DNA from: Lama glama
Lineage: Eukaryota
NCBI GenBank assembly: GCA_028534125.1
Contig: CM052821.1
Location: forward strand, 53,010,001 to 53,074,000
DNA: 64,000 nt
Reading direction: 5' to 3'
How positions within the stretch are numbered: the stretch's first letter is position 1; each line of letters starts with the position of its first letter. Positions 39,610 to 52,152 of the stretch are shown in pieces. The notes under the pieces were generated by a model. That model had not been told where the DNA came from. It did no database searches and saw nothing but the letters and a program-made list of their open reading frames with translations. A program made the position numbers and the translations under genes.

Positions 39610-40037
39610 CATGGTCAGCAGAATGACAGTTCCCCCAGATGTCCACATCTTAGTCCCTTGTGACTTGATGTGGTAAGAAAGACTCTGCAGGTGTGACTGA
39701 GCTAAGGAATTGGAGATGCAGACTATCCTGGCTTGTCCAGGTGAGCCCAAGGTGGTCACAAGGTGGAAGAGGGGGCTCAGAGAAGGAGCTGTGGTGACGG
39801 AGGTGGGTCAGAGAGATGCGGGCCACCAGGGGAGGAACGTGGGTGGCCTGCAGGAACTAGAAAAGGCAAGGAGATGGACTCACTCCTAGAGCTTCCAGAA
39901 TGAACGCAGCCCTTGCTGAAACCTTGGCTTCTGCCCAGTGAGCCCCAAGTCAAATTTCTGACCCACAGAAGGTGGCGGGTTGTTTGAAGGCACTAAGGTC
40001 GTGGTAACTTGTTAACAGCAGCGGCAGGAAACCAACA
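39610..40037 (+). mobile_element. MLT1-type (ERVL-MaLR) solo LTR
   Basis: cagaat...cccccagatgtccacatcttagtccc...ctagagcttccagaatgaacgcagccct...gtggtaacttgttaacagcagc..ggaaaccaaca is typical of MLT1C/D. Confidence 0.85.
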
Positions 40038-43000
40038 CGGCATCTTTCCCAAGTACACCTGGGGAAAAGGAGCTGATTGAAGACCTGGAGCTGACAAGTA
40101 TGACTCACAGGGTCTCATCAGTCTTGCCATAAGCGGGGCCCCCAGGGGCCTGTGGTAAACTTAGCTGGGTACTTGGATGTTTCACCCAGCTCAGTCGGCC
40201 AGATAATTGAAATTTATCACTTCAACCCTCAAATCCAAACATTTTAATGGGAATCTAAAATCAGTTACATATTTCGAGGCCTCTTTAAAGTAAACATAAC
40301 TGTACCTGTTCTCAGCCTGTGTTCAGTGACTCAGTATTATAAACAGCAACTGCTGGGTACAGCTGAGACCCCAAGGGTAGGGCAGAGCCACCGGGCCCCC
40401 GGCCACTGTGCTGCAGAGCGCTGCCCCTTTGGGGGAGCCTCTGGGAGCCCCAGGAAAACAGCCAACGCTGTAATTAGTGGGAGTGATGCTGTGGGATTTC
40501 AGGGAGCACTTCTGTTAGGGTTTCAAGACTTCTGTTGGTGTTTCAAAACTGGGGAACCTTGTAACCAAAACTCTAGCCCTTGGGGAACCAAAGAGCAAGC
40601 AGGGTTCCCAGAGAGGAACTGAGAGGCTCAAAGGTGGGTCAAGGGCCCAGGTTTTAGCTGATTTTTGCTTATGTTCTGGCTCTTGGCTGTGTTGAGATGA
40701 GGCTGCTAATTAAACGACTTGCAGACGTCTAAGTGACCTGTGACCTCTGCAGTCTTGACACAAAATACTTCTGAAATAATTCTGAGTTAAGCAGCCTATA
40801 CAACCATACAAAACCTAAATTTTCCATCTCTGTTTGGGGAAGGGAAACTGGGGCCTGCAGCCAGCAGTGAGGTCACTTCCCCTCTCTGAGATACGGGAAA
40901 AGGGGGTTTCAGCCTGGACCTGCAGGCGCGGTCTGTTGCGGATGTGTGGTCACCACAGAGGGTGGTGAGGACGGGTGTGTGCTCAGGGCTGGCCAGGGCT
41001 GCTCTGCACCCACCCACTTCCGCTCTCTCAGTCCCTTCCGACCCACTCTGAAAACAAGCCCCAGCCACACAGGAGACACCTGGCACATCAGGGCCGGAAG
41101 ACACCTGCCAGGCCATCGCCACCACCAGGTGACCACAGCACACATGCTGCTCTGATGGAGCCCTGAGCCATGACTACCCCTGGTTCGGCCCACAGCAGAC
41201 CCTTCTGGGGCATTCCAGACCCACCTGTCTCTGTCCTCTCATGGGGCCAGGCTGGCCAGTGCAGCAGTCAAGGGCACAGACTCTGGAGCGGGGTGGCCCG
41301 GGGTCTGACCTTGCTATGGGACTCCTCAGGGTCTCACTGTCCTCATCTGCTCCTGGGCCACAGAACAAGATCCTTCCTCCTCTGTCTTTTCTACCCCCAT
41401 CTCCTCCCAGGACCCCAAACAGGGCTTGATCAGCCCCCCAGCCCAGGGTCCCCTGGGAATAAACTGCCTGTGCTCCCTCCCACAGGCGAAGGATGCTGAC
41501 CCAGTTCGGTCTGGGCTGCTCTCTCCATGCAGGGGCCAGGCTCTGAACATGATGTCCCAGGCGAGCTCTGACCAGTGCAGGGCAGGATGGGGATGGTCAC
41601 CACCCTCACTCTCCAGCCCTTGCTTCTATCAGTATAACCACGGAGCAGCTGGGACTCGCTGGGGCCTACTAATTAGGCTTCAAGTCCAATAGGGTCCTAA
41701 GTCTGTACCACGTGGGCTGTTCTCAGAGGAGACAGGTGATAAGAATGATGAGCTCTCGGGGGAGCTCACCTGTACTCTAGACAGGACCTTTCATGGAAGC
41801 CTCTGAGGATGGGTGGTTCCGTGTGCGGGCCCTTAGCTGCTGGCCCTGGTCCCCCTGTTGTGAGTGTTGCAGGGAGACCACGAGAGGGAGAGGTCTCTTC
41901 TGTCTGTGGGGTGGGGCGGGTTCTCGGGGGTGGGGGTGGGGGTGGGGAACTTCCACAATCAGAGAGGTGGGACTGCAGGGGAAGCCGATTGTCACCCATT
42001 TCCTCGGCCCCTCCTAGGCCTGGTGCAGAGTCCCCCGATCTGCTCCCCTACCTCTGCCTCCCAAGCCCGGGATGAGGGTAGCTGTATCCTCGGTGCCTCC
42101 CTCCTCACCTCCCTGACCCTACTCCAGGATCTGGTTCAGCACTGCTCGCTCTAGTTAGAAAAAGTAAGTACGGAGGCCCTGCTCTGCATCTGCTTACCCA
42201 CCTGCTTGATGTCGACTCACCTCAGCCTGCTTCCCACCATCATCTAGCTGGTAAGGGTGCAGGGCACCTGGGGGCCCAGTTCCTGGTCCTGCCCTGCTCT
42301 GGAGCTCTGGTGTCAGGCAGCAGTGCCCACTTCTCCGATAAATGAGGCCGTGGGGCCTGGGCCCTCTTGGGACTCAGCCCACCAGCGGCTCTTACGTTCC
42401 TGTCACCCACCGCTAGCCAGCTTTTCAGAAAGCCCACAGCACTGACTCACCCCTTTGTGCAGGGGAGTAGACACGCCTGGTTGCTGGTGCCTCTAAGCAC
42501 ACGCCTTGGAGGTTTCCAATCCTTCCCAGGCCAACCCAGGCGGCCAACGTCAATGAGACAGCCCTGTGCAGGGAACTTGCAGAGAGCCAGGCTTCCAGCT
42601 ACACCTGTCCTTCCCAGCATGGACTTGGGGGTTCCCTGAGCCCTGTCGGCCAGCCCATGACCTCTTCTGCTCCTCAGACCCTCACTGGGGAAGGCCTCAA
42701 GCCTACTCACCAGCATGCAAGGCCACATCCCTCCCCCCGCCCCACACAGACCTCTCTCCTCTCTAGATGCCTGGGTTCTAAGTGACCTCTATGGGACCTT
42801 CAGGCTCCGACCTCCATGGTCCTATGACCCTGACACTTAAGATGGCCCACATGGCCAAGACCTCTGGGCTAAGCTCAGCTGCGCAGGGTAGTGTGTGACC
42901 TTGGGCACCCCAGCGAGCCTCAGTTTCCGCCTCTGAGACGTGGGAAATATACCACAAAGAAGGCTGTGACAACCCCTGGCGACGCTACAGCTGTGGTCCA

Positions 43001-44058
43001 GAGGCCTGGGCAGCTGCTGCCACCTAGGGGCCAGCAACCCCAGAGCTGTGGCACCAACCGAGGGCCAGAGGAATGAGCGCATGAGGAGACAAGACTGCTC
43101 TTCTGCTCTGAAGACCAAACAAGGTTGAAGAGCAGTTATTTTCTTTTCCTCCTTCCTTTTCCTCACCATGCCCAGGGTCAGCCACCCAGCAGGCCTCCGG
43201 GCCACGCGGAGTGGCCCCAGGTGTTTCTGGGCAAGCCTCTCTAGAGGGTAGATCTAGCCCAGGGACAGTGCTCAGAGGGCAGCTGACCTCACACGGACCC
43301 CCCGAGGCAAGTGGGAGCCTCAGAGGGGACCAGGGAAAGTGGGCTGCAGTTGCCAGCCCAGCGGGCTTGGGCTAGGCTCATTCACAAATGTGGGGAGCCT
43401 TGAGGTCAGAGTGGCTGAGTGAGTCTTGCTTTTAGCTGGTCTGCCAGATGACCTCAACCAGTCCTCCCTTCTCTGGGTAGTAGATTTCCCAACTCAAAAG
43501 GGGAGTGGCGTGGGCCGGATGCCCCGAGACCCCATGGTCCTGAATCTAGATGTGGCTCTTTCCCCCGGACGTGGCTCCTGTCCGAGGCAAGGAGATGGGT
43601 AAGGACTGTGCTGCCCAAATCCCTGCTCTACATCAACACCCTCTTTGCTTCTGTGTCTCAGTGTTGCTTTGCTGACCCTGGGATCCTAACTGCAAACGAG
43701 GCGTTACTGCGCGGAGAAGGGTCACAGCACATGTCTCCTCCCACGCAGAGGCCACTAGCACTGGCTCTGGGTTCTCTGCTACAAACACACAGACAAGGAA
43801 ACACACATGCTCGATGAAGGGCACAAACTTAAAAAAAGAAAAAGTGAGTCCACGTCTGGAATGGAGCCCTCCACACTCACATGTGGCACGCACGACTGCA
43901 CACACGTGGGCGCACCCCACAGACACGCAGCCCCCACGCACACTCACCCCACACGCCAGCACAGCGCTCACAACCTGCCACAGCAGCATGCACACAGATG
44001 CCCCCCACGCCGGCACACACCACACACGTGCACACACGCGCACACACACGAACAAAGG

Positions 44059-44286
44059 NNNNNNNNNNNNNNNNNNNNNNNNNNNNNNNNNNNNNNNNNN
44101 NNNNNNNNNNNNNNNNNNNNNNNNNNNNNNNNNNNNNNNNNNNNNNNNNNNNNNNNNNNNNNNNNNNNNNNNNNNNNNNNNNNNNNNNNNNNNNNNNNNN
44201 NNNNNNNNNNNNNNNNNNNNNNNNNNNNNNNNNNNNNNNNNNNNNNNNNNNNNNNNNNNNNNNNNNNNNNNNNNNNNNNNNNNNNN
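44059..44286. other. Assembly gap (228 N) in SCUBE1 intron 6
   Basis: Run of N next to a degenerate CA-rich tract (about 43870-44058). Confidence 1.
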
Positions 44287-46762
44287 AACACAGCAAGCCG
44301 GGCCAGCGCGGCGTCCTCGCCAAGGGGCTAATCCCAGGAACCTCCAAGGTGGTGTGTTCAGGGCAGAGCAAAGAGGCAGCAGGGTGGGCGGGGGAGGGGC
44401 AGGCAGACAAGGGGATGACCACAGAAGGACACGGGGCCCATCTGCAAGCAAACACAGGAGGAGGCTGAGGTCAGAGGGGACGGGACCCGTCTGCGGAGGG
44501 CCGCAGGGGCAGACAGCACCACCACGGAGATCACGGAGACACAGGCAATTACAGACACCCCGGCTCACGCTGGAGAGGTAGGCACAGGACAAGGCACAGG
44601 GCAAGGGGACAGGGCCATGAGGTCCGGTGATGGATGTGCCTGGACAGCAGACGCCCTGTCTCAAGGGCGTGACAGTGTGTCAAACACTCATGCAAGATTA
44701 AGAACAAGACATACGGAGGAGCAAATACATACGCACAACAAAGGATTGAATCGAACAGACACAGAAAAACCAGGGGGTCGATATGGGCAGCGCTGGTTGC
44801 CTGCTTGTCTATGGAGGACTGGAGTGAGACATTCAAGTGCTCAAGGAGGGGCTGCAGAAAGGGGCCCGCCGTTTTGGGAGCGTGCAGAGAGACAGACGGC
44901 CGGGCCAGGCAGGGAGCGCCTAGATGCTCCCGTGCAGAAGCATGTGAGGTTAGCTGGTTCCTGTTTCTTTGCTCAGTGGGAGATGTGGGGAGACACTCGC
45001 CCCCGGGGGAGCCCCGGGAGCAGTGAGCAAAGGCAGATGAAAGGTTCTCTGGGCCAGCAGGGAACAACGGCCCAGGAGCTGGGTCTGGAAAAGGATTTCT
45101 AAGGAGAGGGGAGGGAAAGGGGAGGGTGAAGGGAGGTACGTTAGAGTATTTCCAAGCAGGGACCTTCACATGCAGCAGACACTAAAAGATAAAAAAAAAA
45201 AAAAAAAGAAAGGATGAGCCAGGTGGACAAAGACAAGATGTGTTAGACGAGGCTGGGTGTGTGTCTGGCCGGCAGCTGTTTGCGCTGGTCTGGGGCCGGC
45301 AGAGGCGGCCCCCTGCAGACACAAACACTGTGGGAGACCCCAGCAGACGAGACAGGAAGGGGGCCGGTGGGCCGGGAGAGCCCCCAGGAGGACAGCGGAG
45401 ACAGGGAGAGAGGCGGGAGAGGAGGTTCTAGATGGGATCAGGCTGCAATAGAGACACCGGTCTGAGACCAGGTTTTGCTTTGAATTTATTTTTGGTTGTT
45501 TGGTTTGGTTTGGCTTTTGGCTCTGAAAATAATTAATGAACGTCAGTTATCAGACAAGACAGGCAATCAGGGACCATCACCAGAAAAGCAGGAAGAATGA
45601 GATAAAATGAAACCAAAAACGGCTGTCTGAGAGGAGAGACCACACAGAGGAAGGGAGAACCACGCAGGCAGCAGCCCCTGGGAGACAGTCGGGACTAGGA
45701 CGGGACCCCTTCGGCCCGACTCCCTGGGGGACAAGGCAGCAGAGTCACGGGGGACAGAATGCGACAGCAGACTCTGGGCTTCATGGCTTCGCTTGCTTAC
45801 CAACCCCTTTTCTGCTACTTGAAAATCCCTCAAGAAGTATCTTCTGAGTCAATAATAAAATGGGGATGTTTTTTGGAAAAAAAAAAAAAAGAGAACATGG
45901 TAACCATCCTGCTGTGGGTTTCTAAAGTTTGCTACCGTTGAAGAGAAAGAAGAGGTTGAACTCTGGCACCAACTCTGAAATTCCTCTTCTTCTCAGTTAA
46001 AAAAATTTGCTGTTATTTTTGAGTCGGGAAAGAACTTACTAGTGATTATGACGTGAGATAATCACAAATATTCAAGCTTCCCCTTGGAAGTAAGGACCAG
46101 GAGGAAGGAGGAGACCAGGCCTCAGGTCAAGACGCCCCGTAACAGGTGAGGCCACGGGCTGAGAAAAGGGGCTCTGGGAGGGAGAGGAGGTCCGGCAAGA
46201 GGCCCCGATGGCCTGGGGTTCGAAGGCAGCTAAAAACACCTGGAGTCACCCTGGGGCTCACAGCAGCTGCCTCCCCTGGCGTCCCAGACCACGAAGAATT
46301 AAAGCAGTTTTCTGAGGACACCTCTCAGGTTTCCAGACAGCTATGGGCAGCTCGCACCATGAAAGGGGCTGTTATGCAGGTTAAGTGAGTCTTTGGTGAG
46401 TCTCCCTATTGGGGGAGGAAACTTCTGGGCTTCAGGAGCAGAAGCTGCCCTCCAAAGGTGCATATACCTTCCTCCTCCCCACAGGACGCCTGCTGGGGAC
46501 CACCCCCATATCGAGGACGAGGACCCTCAGAAAACCGGCTGTGACACAAAGCAGAGGCGCTTGGTCCTGGGTGGCTCAACCACCCTGGATAAGTGTCCAC
46601 AGAGAGCTCCCGCGGGGGCACCTGCCAGCCCCACCAGTACCGTGGGTGCTGCTTTTCCTGTTTCCCCTAAGCTTCCTCCTTGGAAACCAGGATGCAGTGG
46701 GCTGCTGGCCACCTTGGGGCCACGCAGGCTCCCTGTGGGGCAGGGTGGCACAGGGTACTTAC

Positions 46763-46879
46763 CGATGCAAGTCCGACCGTCTGAGTGGAGGGCGTACTTC
46801 TGGTGGCAGCCGCACATGGGGCCTGTGTCCGTGTCCTCACAGCTGTGCTGGCAGCCTCCGTTTCCATAGTTACAGGTTA
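46763..46879 (-). CDS. SCUBE1: SCUBE1 exon 6 (EGF5), 117 nt
   Basis: Acceptor CCTAACTAG|TA, donor ATCG|GTAAGT; [39 protein letters not shown]. Confidence 0.96.
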
Positions 46880-49800
46880 CTAGTTAGGCCCAAAGTGTAC
46901 ATATGTGCGTATAAACAGAACGACAACAAAAGCGATTAGTCTATTGCCGTTGGTTGGTTCTCTTAAAGGATGGGGGAGGAAAGCAAGGGCAGGAGATGGT
47001 CAGTGCAGAGGCACACGTCTCCCTGGACATCAGCCCCTCCAGGGTCTTGGATGGCTCAGTCCCTAGAGGCGAACTGGGGTGGGGCAGAGCATGGATTTGG
47101 GGTCATCTGTGCTTCAAACAGTGCTGACACACAGCTGAGGCACACAGATGGTGTTAAAGAAAGGGATACGCTAGATAATTTTTTCCTTCCTAGGTTGCAA
47201 AAGACACTTTAAAATAGACTGTTTCAATGAGGCAAATGTCTGTTAACACCAGGCATACTCTTCAAGGCGGTGGGGAGGGTGGCACTTGTTTCCTCAGCTC
47301 CTGCAGCGCTGTCTTTCCTCGACCTGTGTCTTGGGGCACGTGGAAGGACGTCCCCACAGGTATCCACTCTCTCCAAGTTCAGCAGCCATCTCAATCCCTG
47401 TCCACTCTAAGCCCTAATCCTCCCAAGGAAATGTCCAAATAGACAGAACATATGCAAATTAGTGTCATCTCAGATGCAGTTTTGAAAATGACCTTTTATT
47501 TAAACACGTTACACAGTGTGCAATGCCTATGGCCTGGAGGAGCTGGTGCCCTTCCGCCCAGAATCTTAAAATGTTTCAAAGCGTCAGCCACCTGGGTTGC
47601 TGAAAAGCAGGCTGAGCAAACAGGAACAGTCTGAAGTAGAAAAAATGATAAACTCAAGTTTATTTGAAAGAAAACACACTGATCTCTCTTGCTGGGGTGA
47701 GGGCTATCCACCGCTAAAGGAGATCCAAGATCTCCATGGGAGGGCTCGCTGCCTGCTTTATTCTGCTAGAAGATGACAGGGTGCCCATTGTCTGTATACA
47801 CGTCGGACACCAGGGCCTCGAGGACAGGGTGTCTTCCTGGAGACCTTAACCATTTGTCCAGAATCCTATCCATACTCTGAATTTATCTGGCAAAACCCTA
47901 CTGATGATCAATGATGCAAAAATAAATCTCAGACCAACTATGGTCAGAGGGACAGAAAATCCCAAATGGGCAGAGTCTGAATTAGTGAACTTCTATCAGG
48001 CTGACCCATGAGCAGGGCTGGTGCCAGAGGGAAATCACTTGGTGGCAACTCCCCAGTGAAGGATTCCAAGCAATTCAGAACTGAGTTCTGCAGCTCCCTT
48101 TTCCAGGGACTCCTTTTACCAAGAGCACAGCACGGCGGCTCCGGGGGCTTCCATCCTGAGTGGTGCTGCCCTGTCAACCTGGACACACGTGGTCTTCCTG
48201 CCGGGTGAGGAGGACGGAGGAGAACAGTCCCAGACACTGTCCTCAGTGACCAGAGGCTCAAGTGAGCTGCCTTCTCCACAGGGAGCTAATGACCATCCGA
48301 AGGAGAGACCCAGCTTCCCAGGTGGCGTTTCAAGGACATGCAAAATGCTTCAGGACACACAGCTGCAGCTTTAACACCAAGCCCTCTGGCCCCTTCTCCA
48401 CGGAGCGTCTTCTCTCGGCATTCCCGGCTGCCTGGAAGCCTGGAGTCACGTTCTCTCATCTCTCTGCACAGGAAGAGCCTCAGGGAAGCCAAGGTTCCTG
48501 GGGCTACCGCTTAGCACCGCTCTCCCGAGAGGGGAGAGACCCAGCCAGAGCCCCTCCTTGGGCTGGACATGGCTGAGAAAAGCCGCACTTCAGAATGGGC
48601 AGGGGTGGGCCAGTGAAGAGACAGTTCTTTCCAAGCTCTGGGCTCCAGGAGATGGACCGCATCCTGCAAGTGACTCTAAGGAGGACACAAGCCTGTCAGA
48701 AGCAACTGGAGGAAGGGCCACTTCCTCTTGCTCCGTCTACACAGGCAATCGTGCATCCCACAGACCACAGGGGCCGACCTGTGGGCACCTGGAGAGCCTA
48801 CAACTTGTACATGGAAATAAGTGCTAGAGCCCTGAGCTCTGGGAAGACCCAGAGAAGGATGGAGAAAACCTCCCTGGCCCTGGAGTGTGTCCCAGGCTCT
48901 GGGGGATGGAAGTTTGGGAAGAGTCCCTGTGGTCCCGCTCGCTCATGGTGGCTGGCTAGGCCAGGCCTCAGCCCCCCATCCAACTCCAGATCTAGGATTT
49001 CCTGGGCTCCAAGTACCTCAAGGGCTAGAGGGAAAGGCTCAGAGCTAACTTTATGCTAATCCTGGCACATAAACCACACAGAAGAAACCAAAGCTGGCTG
49101 GGCGGACAGCCACAGGCACAGTCCCTCTGCAGGACCGCTGCAGGGCTTGGCTGCAGGATGGTCCCAGACTCCCTGCACACCTTGGCAACACCCAGCCACC
49201 AAGCAGAGAGGGCGGGGCTGCTACTTCCCTCACAGCTAAAGCTCTGGGCCGACTTGGCTCTCCTCTGTCTGGTTGGGTAGGGGCAGTCCGCTCGCGGAGC
49301 TCTGCCTTGTCCCTGACCCCTCAGACCAGGCTGGCCCCTCAGGAGTTGCTCTCTAAGCAGACTGTCCCCTTGCAACACTCATCGCGGATGGAGTTAAGAG
49401 AATGAGGAAGCGAGTCAGCCAGTCCCAGCCACTTCCCGAGGCTTGTAGCTCCCTGCGCAGGCCTGGGCTCAGGGCCGGCCCCGGCTGGGCATCAGCTAGG
49501 CTTGCTGACTGAAGGAACGCGCCCCTCTCCCGGCTGAGCCTGTCAACAAGCCTGCCCGCTCCACACGTGCTGGTCCTTGGCCCTTGTCCTGAGGAAGCTC
49601 AGACTGCCCGACAGGGAGGACTGGGAAAGCTGGAGCCACTCATCTTCTGTTCCGAAGGTTGCCCAGTGATAGGAGGTTTCTCTGCAGCTGAAGGAATCCA
49701 TCTGGTGGAGAGGACGGGGGGCCCAGCCGGAGTCTCAGGGCTGAAGCGGTCATTCCCCAGTCAGCACGTGGGTCCCCAAGACCTTGCGGACTGTCGGAGG

Positions 49801-50943
49801 AGAGCCTGAGTTGGGAAAGGCGTGGCAGGTGCCCAGGGGAACTGAGGACAACTGACAGAACCTCAGTGCCTCAGGATGATGGGCCGGCGAGGGCCAGCTG
49901 TCTTCTCCACAGAATGAAGGCCGGAAGAAAGGCCATCTCCTTAGGGGAGCTGGTCAGCCTCAGTCTCCCAGCTCAGTGGCGAGGTTGGTACCACTCTCTC
50001 TGTTGGGAGTTGGAGTCAGACTCTACCACATCATTGTTCTGCAGCAGAAAGCAGGCCTGGTATGAAGTGCTTGTCTCTGGCAGAGATGGGCAGTGCTCAC
50101 ACCAGCCTCCCTCAGCTCTTCTCAGATACAGGGTGAACATTACATCAATCCAGGCATCTGGCTACCCAGTGAGCAGAGGCACATCCTACCATGCCCCGTG
50201 CAGTGCTGGTAGGCACTGGGTCCGAAGCTACCGAGGACTAGCGGAGTGTGTTCTGCCCCATCCTACTTCATTTGCTGCCTCCCACTCCTGCTGGGGAGCT
50301 GGGTGACTACATTAAGGGGCTGGATTACACGAGTCTTGCAGGTTGACTTCCAAGCTGGTCCTGAAATGGTACCTTTGGCCAGAGGCGTCATTCCATCCAA
50401 ATCTCTCAGCGTATCATTCATAGTGGGCCTTGCAGGGCTATACTCTGAGCTCTGATCTTTGATTCTGGAAATAAGCTCAGCACAGCCTGCGCTGGGACCT
50501 CCCAGAACCAAGCTCCTTGCCTTCTTTATCCCACCCTGCTGCCCAGGGCTGCCCTGGCCCACTGAGAGCCCAGAGCCCCTCCACTCCTGCTGGAGAGCTT
50601 GAGCTCAGGAACAGTGGGTCTCCGGGGCCAGTGGTGGCAGGGGAGGGTTTCAAGAAGCACTAGTGGGGAGACCATACAGGGCCCTCCATAAGATCCAGCC
50701 CAGCTCTGGGGCTGTGTCTGCAGTGTTGTGCCAGGTGGGGAAACCCAAGCCTGGGGCTTACAGCCCCGACCCTCAGGCCTCCCCAGGCCCCTTCAGAGGC
50801 CCTGCCCTTCTCTCCACCCCGAGGGACTGAGCGCCCTCCCTGGGCAACGTCCAACAGACTGGACAGGACCCTGCCCTCCCCTCCCCAAAGCAATGGCAGG
50901 AGACGCGTGGGGATGTCTGACCCATTTGCCTCCATCTACCTAC

Positions 50944-51069
50944 GTGTGCAGTCCTTCTGGTTTTGGGCAAGGTCAAAGCCGGGCCTGCAGTCACAGGCCA
51001 CCCCACCTTTGGGTGTCTCCCGGCAGATGTGGGCACAGCCATGGTCTTTGTTCATGCAGTTCATACCCT
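50944..51069 (-). CDS. SCUBE1: SCUBE1 exon 5 (EGF4), 126 nt
   Basis: Acceptor TCTCTTCCCAG|AG, donor ACAC|GTAGGT; [42 protein letters not shown]. Confidence 0.96.
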
Positions 51070-52017
51070 CTGGGAAGAGACAGACAAGAGAGGGGTTGGG
51101 GACCGGGAAGAGAGAAAATTTCAGGCTTAAAAGAGATAAGCAGGGAAATGTCACAATCAAACGTAGCGTTCTCGGGCTGCCGTTAGCTGGTGCACGGCTT
51201 ACACACATGGGCGTGTGCCTGTCCATCCCGGAGGAGATCCCTTAGGGAGAAACCAAGGATGCACTGTCCAGGTCTAGAGCCAGGCCTTGTTCTGAGGGAC
51301 CCATGGAGGAGACGCTCCGGACCCGAGTCAGAATACAGGGCACGGGCTACGGAAGGGCCTTTCAGGGCAGGGCTCTAGACGCCCTGCTGGAGCAGGCGTG
51401 GGTGGCATTTTAAGCGATGGCATGTGCAGCACTTTTCAGTTTGTACAGGGATGCCACAAGACCCCGTGAGACAGGCGGAGGCTTTTGTTTCGGGCTGGGC
51501 TCAGAGAGCAGTGTTGGCAGGTCAGGGGGCTGGGTGGGTGGGCAGACACGTCCTGGCCGGCCTCCAGTGTTGCACCCACACCCGGAGGCCCCGGTGGCCT
51601 GCTTAACCACCACTCACTGCATTCCTGCACGAGTCAGACGCCTGGTCCACTGGACCTCAGGGCAGCAGATGCTCATCCTCACCAGCCCCACGGCTGTGCC
51701 CTGAACTAAACACCACCTCCACACACCACCGCCTAACTGCCAGAGGGGTCACTGCAGTGCTCCCTGGGACCCACAGAACCCCCAGCCCCAGTGCAGAGCC
51801 CTGCACGCCCGGGCGCCGGCCCAGCTCCATCGGCGCCCTGAGCGAGCGTCCCTCTGCCCTCCGAGCCTGCTCCGGGTCCAGGCCACACACGTTACTGTGT
51901 TCCGAACCTTAGCCCGAAATTTCTTTTGGTTGGCAGATGCTACTTTTTAAAGCAAAAATGTTTGCAAACCTCAGGCACATTTTCCTCTGAGACCTCAACT
52001 TAAAAGGACAGTCAGTG

Positions 52018-52152
52018 GGGGTGGGTATAGCCCTAGTGGTAGAGCCTGTGCTTATTAGCATGCATGAGGTCCTGGGTTCAATCCCCAGTACCTCCATTAG
52101 GGAAAAAAAGTGGTAAAAAAAAAATAATAAAGTAAACTTAAAAAAAAAAAAG
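52018..52152 (+). mobile_element. tRNA-derived SINE (camelid Vic-1-like) with target-site duplication
   Basis: A box tagccctagtggtagag, B box gggttcaatccc, A-rich tail; 15-bp TSD aaaggacagtcagtg (52003-52017) / aaagggcagtcagtg (52153-52167) at a TT/AAAA site. Confidence 0.9.

Noticed and set aside
43633-44664. 343-aa ORF and neighbours spanning the gap
   Set aside because: Length is inflated by Ns and CA/TG low-complexity sequence.
45436-45462. DQAAIE peptide resembling the start of the recalled mouse Scube1 insert
   Set aside because: It is on the wrong (+) strand, the similarity stops after a few codons, and there is no sign of an inversion.
52018-52098. tRNA gene
   Set aside because: The poly(A) tail and TSD show it is a retroposed SINE, and the cloverleaf is imperfect.
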